Source of the DNA: a virus
Lineage: Duplodnaviria > Caudoviricetes
IMG/VR virus record: IMGVR_UViG_3300032260_000007
Location: 1-50,890 of that record
Strand: one strand, 5' to 3'
DNA length: 50,890 nucleotides
Shown here: positions 47,659 to 50,890 of the stretch, piece by piece
Position numbering within the stretch: the first letter of the stretch is position 1
Layout: the number at the start of each line of letters is the position of its first letter
Notes under the pieces: model-generated
Databases searched by the model: none
What the model saw: the letters and a program-made list of their open reading frames with translations, nothing else
Told to the model about the DNA's origin: nothing
Program-made: the position numbers and the translations under genes

Positions 47659-48285
47659 ATGATATTCAGACGATATAACAATGACTATCGGGCAACTAGA
47701 CTCAAACTAGATAGGAGTGCATTACCTAGCGATGTCTTTCAGTATCCTACGGAACTCACTAAGGGAATAGCCTGGTTAGTATATTTGGAAGATCGCACTA
47801 ATGGTTATTTCATATCTAGGTGTGGCGGAAATGAGGCATTTACGTATGCAATGCTTCATTTATGCGAGCGCAAGACTATAGCCGAGTTAGCCACACCTAG
47901 GGAACTAACAAAGTTGGCGGATATGGACCCTGCCAGTAAGCAATACAATTATTTAATGGAAGATATAGCTAGCAATAAAGGCTATGCACGCTCTATAGGC
48001 GATACATATTTCTTTACTCGGCCATTACATATTATACAATTGTATGGTAACCCTGACTATTACTTAGGGAAACCAACACAAATGGAAATTGGCGACAAGA
48101 TTATAGACCTAGCCCAGTTTGATCACTATAAGGTAACTGGCCTAAACGCTTATAGTACTAAGAGGTTTAAGGCAATTGTTACCGATGACGTTAGGCACGC
48201 TATGGGCATCAACCTTTGGCGTGGAACGGTATGGGGTGTACGTCCTAATGGGACACGAAAGACACTTAGAAAGGTTTGGAACTAA
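47659..48285 (+). CDS. Hypothetical protein
   Basis: 208 aa; C-terminal AMGINLWRGTVWGV..G.RK.L..V.N domain. Confidence 0.7.
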   Translation: MIFRRYNNDYRATRLKLDRSALPSDVFQYPTELTKGIAWLVYLEDRTNGYFISRCGGNEAFTYAMLHLCERKTIAELATPRELTKLADMDPASKQYNYLMEDIASNKGYARSIGDTYFFTRPLHIIQLYGNPDYYLGKPTQMEIGDKIIDLAQFDHYKVTGLNAYSTKRFKAIVTDDVRHAMGINLWRGTVWGVRPNGTRKTLRKVWN

Positions 48286-48596
48286 TGGAACATCTTCCAA
48301 TAGAAATTGGCACGGTTATAGAGGGTACCTATACGTCACCTAGCCTCATTAGAGCGTTTGCCGATGAGTTAGAACGTATAGATACTGCTAAGAAATATTC
48401 GATACTAGTAAATGATGCCACAACGTTCTTAAATCCGCTTAAGGCTAATTCTGTGAGTGACATAGCCCTAGAACAAGCATTACTTGTCTATGAACTTATG
48501 GACGCTCTAAACTGCTACACACCTAAGGGTATTACCTTTGGTGCCAATGGTGGCGAAGGTAACAACTATGGATGGTGGACTACCAACAATGACTAA
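48285..48596 (+). CDS. Hypothetical protein, tandem paralog A1
   Basis: IGTVI.GT...AFADEL...DALN...FGAN.G.G..YGWW. Confidence 0.75.
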   Translation: MEHLPIEIGTVIEGTYTSPSLIRAFADELERIDTAKKYSILVNDATTFLNPLKANSVSDIALEQALLVYELMDALNCYTPKGITFGANGGEGNNYGWWTTNND

Positions 48597-48906
48597 GCAA
48601 CCGGATATAGAAATTGGCACGGTCATAGATCGCACCTATTCACCACTTGCCCTAACTATGGCGTTCGTTGATGAGTTACAACGTATAGATACTGATAATG
48701 AGTATTCAATGTTAAGGATTGATGCTAGAGCCATCATAGGGTCACTCAGGGGTGACAATGTAAGTGATGAGACTATAGAACAAGCATCTTATATTATTAG
48801 TGAACTATTCGATGCCTTAAATGCTTGTGGGCCTCAAGATATGTACTTTGGCGCTAATGATAGTGATGGTTGCGATTATGGATGGTGGGCTACCGACAAT
48901 GACTAA
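48589..48906 (+). CDS. Hypothetical protein, tandem paralog A2
   Basis: Same motifs as A1; start moved to ATG 48589. Confidence 0.75.
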   Translation: MTKQPDIEIGTVIDRTYSPLALTMAFVDELQRIDTDNEYSMLRIDARAIIGSLRGDNVSDETIEQASYIISELFDALNACGPQDMYFGANDSDGCDYGWWATDND

Positions 48907-49123
48907 GCGTAAAGATATTATGACTGCCTATGAGCGTGCCGAACTCGTGGCTATGGCTATAAATGCTTACACAATAGCGCTAGAGCACGATTTGAAAGTT
49001 AGAACCAAAGGATCTTATCGTGCTCTAGGTGTATCGGCTAGGAAACTAGAGCGAACGCTAATTATCGGTACAGGTAGCGCAACTAATGAGCGCATACGTT
49101 ACTATGATATAAAGGGTAGGTGA
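48899..49123 (+). CDS. Hypothetical protein
   Basis: Coupled ORF; start ATG 48899. Confidence 0.55.
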   Translation: MTKRKDIMTAYERAELVAMAINAYTIALEHDLKVRTKGSYRALGVSARKLERTLIIGTGSATNERIRYYDIKGR

Positions 49124-49464
49124 TTGTAATGGGTAAAGAGACAATGATAGATGGAACAAATTATAAAGGGCCGATTATGGGTAGTGGCTCTCTAGAGCTT
49201 AGCGATGAAGATGCTATGAGAATAGCTTATCGTGTTATGACTTCATCTGACTTTATAAGCGTATGTGCCAATATGGCGTTCTCTCGTAAAGTCGGGATGA
49301 TTGTAATTAATACCAATGATGGTGGTGTGTCGGAACTTTACGAACTAAATAAAGATATGCCAGATCCAACCAATCTATGGTCTGTCGTGGTTAATGGTGA
49401 CAGATCGCCAGCATATGAAGATATGCACCCATCGTCACACCTAAACGTTTGGAGCCGAAACTAA
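49120..49464 (+). CDS. Hypothetical protein
   Basis: 114 aa; GTGA overlap. Confidence 0.6.
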   Translation: MIVMGKETMIDGTNYKGPIMGSGSLELSDEDAMRIAYRVMTSSDFISVCANMAFSRKVGMIVINTNDGGVSELYELNKDMPDPTNLWSVVVNGDRSPAYEDMHPSSHLNVWSRN

Positions 49465-49661
49465 TGAGTATGCTAACCGTGCAAATTAATGGTGATAGTG
49501 ATTCCACAACTAATAGTCAGGTTGAACTCGCAAGATTGCTTAAACTGATAGCCGAAAGAATTGAGTTAGGCTACTATCATTATGATGGGTCGGACAATGT
49601 TCTAATGGATATCAACGGAAATCGTGTTGGCAACTTTGTTTGTGGTGCAACAAATGAATAA
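49464..49661 (+). CDS. Small protein, paralog B1
   Basis: ELARLLKLIAERIE.G...LMDINGNRVG. Confidence 0.65.
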   Translation: MSMLTVQINGDSDSTTNSQVELARLLKLIAERIELGYYHYDGSDNVLMDINGNRVGNFVCGATNE

Positions 49662-49833
49662 CGATAAACTAACGCTTTACGTACACACTGACTTAAGCGA
49701 CGATGAATTCGCTGATATGTTAAATCAGGTTGCCTCAACTATTCGCAAATCCGATTATCTACCTGGTAGAACGTCAAGTATCCTAAATTCAGCCAATGAG
49801 CGTATTGGTGGATTCCGAGTAAGTAGGTATTAA
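49654..49833 (+). CDS. Small protein, paralog B2
   Basis: EFADMLNQVASTI...ILNSANERIG. Confidence 0.6.
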   Translation: MNNDKLTLYVHTDLSDDEFADMLNQVASTIRKSDYLPGRTSSILNSANERIGGFRVSRY

Positions 49834-50055
49834 ATGATTAAGAACCGACCACCTAAGCGACGGCCACAATATGAGTTTAAGGTAAGCATCTATCTAGGCT
49901 CTAATGACATAGCCACTAATGCCGATTTGGTAGGTGCTCTAGATGCGATCAAACAGCAATTGGAGTTAGGGCAATATTACAACGATCGACGTAACCCAAT
50001 TATCGGCACCAGATCCGGTAAAGAAATTGGAGCGTGGACTATCCCGGCGCCTTAG
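49834..50055 (+). CDS. Small protein, paralog B3
   Basis: DLVGALDAIKQQLELG...IIGTRSGKEIG. Confidence 0.6.
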   Translation: MIKNRPPKRRPQYEFKVSIYLGSNDIATNADLVGALDAIKQQLELGQYYNDRRNPIIGTRSGKEIGAWTIPAP

Positions 50056-50081
50056 CTTGACCCACAACCAAATAGCAATAC

Positions 50082-50126
50082 CGAACGGCCATCTAACTAA
50101 TTACGTTAGGTGGTCGTTTGCGTTCT
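50082..50126 (+). terminator. Terminator of the rightward early block
   Basis: 16-bp stem ending in TTTGCGTTCT. Confidence 0.7.
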
Positions 50127-50385
50127 AGCCCTAGAGCGATCGTGAGGCTATGCGACCGACTGACCTAGGTGATGGCCATTAGATCGGCTTAGACGGTCCC
50201 AGATTGGCTATATGACCGTCTAGGGCTTAATTTGTGGCAGTGGTGAACGCCTAGGATACTCTGAGCCAGTCATAGCGCCAATCTGAGGCCCGTTGAGCGA
50301 CCTAGCCACACAATCTACCGTCTAAGGTCTTGGAAGTTCTCAGATTGGCAGTATGGCCGAGTACGGTGCGATCGGTTCGGAACCC

Positions 50386-50425
50386 AGAACGCAAAGATGA
50401 CCCTAACCGAACGGTTAAGGCCATC
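50386..50425 (-). terminator. Terminator of the leftward early block
   Basis: 13-bp stem GAUGGCCUUAACC/GGUUAGGGUCAUC followed by UUUGCGUUCU. Confidence 0.7.
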
Positions 50426-50455
50426 TAATCTAATTGGGTTAGGTTGTGGTTTCGG

Positions 50456-50755
50456 CTAGTCGCCTAGTAAAGCGTTGTAAGTTTGTGCAGTTCCAATCTC
50501 ATCGGCTTTACATACCCAACATTCCCAATAACCTACATGCTTTGTAATTGCGATCGGCTCATACGTTTCTAAATATCCGTATCGGCTAAGCCGTTGTACT
50601 AGTTCGTCCTCTTTCTCTTTATCGGTGCAACCTTCCAAATCTATGTTTAGTTGTTGGCGTACCCGATCCGTTACCCCATAATAAGCGGCGTCATGTATTT
50701 GAGCGGCGGCGCAAGTTTCACAAAGGGTAACTTGTGTTCGTGTTTCGTTCGGCAT
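50456..50755 (-). CDS. Hypothetical protein with two CxxC pairs
   Basis: CETC and CWVC; continues the operon from ORF 17-448 across the circular join. Confidence 0.7.
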   Translation of the reverse strand: MPNETRTQVTLCETCAAAQIHDAAYYGVTDRVRQQLNIDLEGCTDKEKEDELVQRLSRYGYLETYEPIAITKHVGYWECWVCKADEIGTAQTYNALLGD

Positions 50756-50890
50756 TGTTTATATCTCTTTCTTGTTAGTAGGCAGTTCTGATATCGTCGG
50801 CCATCGTGGACCTTCTAGTTTCGATCCACAAGCATCACAACTTGCCCAACTGAATTTAATTTCAGTAGGAGCATACTCACTCAATACATC
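50743..50890. repeat. Terminal direct repeat, copy 2
   Basis: Matches bases 1-148 with one mismatch. Confidence 0.95.

Noticed and set aside
1-50890. Stop-codon reassignment suggested by abundant CTAG/TAG
   Set aside because: Genes are full-length under the standard code and several end in TAG.

Overview
The window looks like a complete, circularly closed genome (about 50.74 kb) of an AT-rich, apparently lytic siphovirus; bases 1-148 recur at 50743-50890 with one mismatch. Gene content (ReqiPepy6-Gp37-like tail hub, DUF6011-type protein, leaderless sigma70-type promoters) points to an actinobacterial host, which is an inference. Layout: packaging, head, tail and lysis genes on + (2.8-25.8 kb); accessory and replication genes on - (25.7-42.5 kb: RuvC-like, MazG-like, RepB-type primase/helicase, DUF669 SSB, AAA ATPase, PD-(D/E)xK nuclease, SNF2 helicase); a UDG-fused family A DNA polymerase on + (43.9-46.3 kb); and two converging blocks of small early-type genes. 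No integrase, repressor cassette, tRNA or CRISPR array was seen. The most unusual items are: (1) a ~550-nt intergenic, minus-strand, multi-stem and pseudoknotted RNA candidate at 39.55-40.08 kb; (2) a tail hub gene that appears split through an inserted LamG-like domain, with its halves 5.6 kb apart, the C-half fused to another tail protein, and RNA structure at both breakpoints; (3) a dispersed bipartite motif ATGTGAAATTT-N13-CGCCACAA; (4) an insulated GC-rich repeat element between twin terminators; (5) an active/inactive mini-ATPase paralog pair and a candidate anti-defence sponge fusion. All family assignments come from motif recognition by eye, not from database searches.
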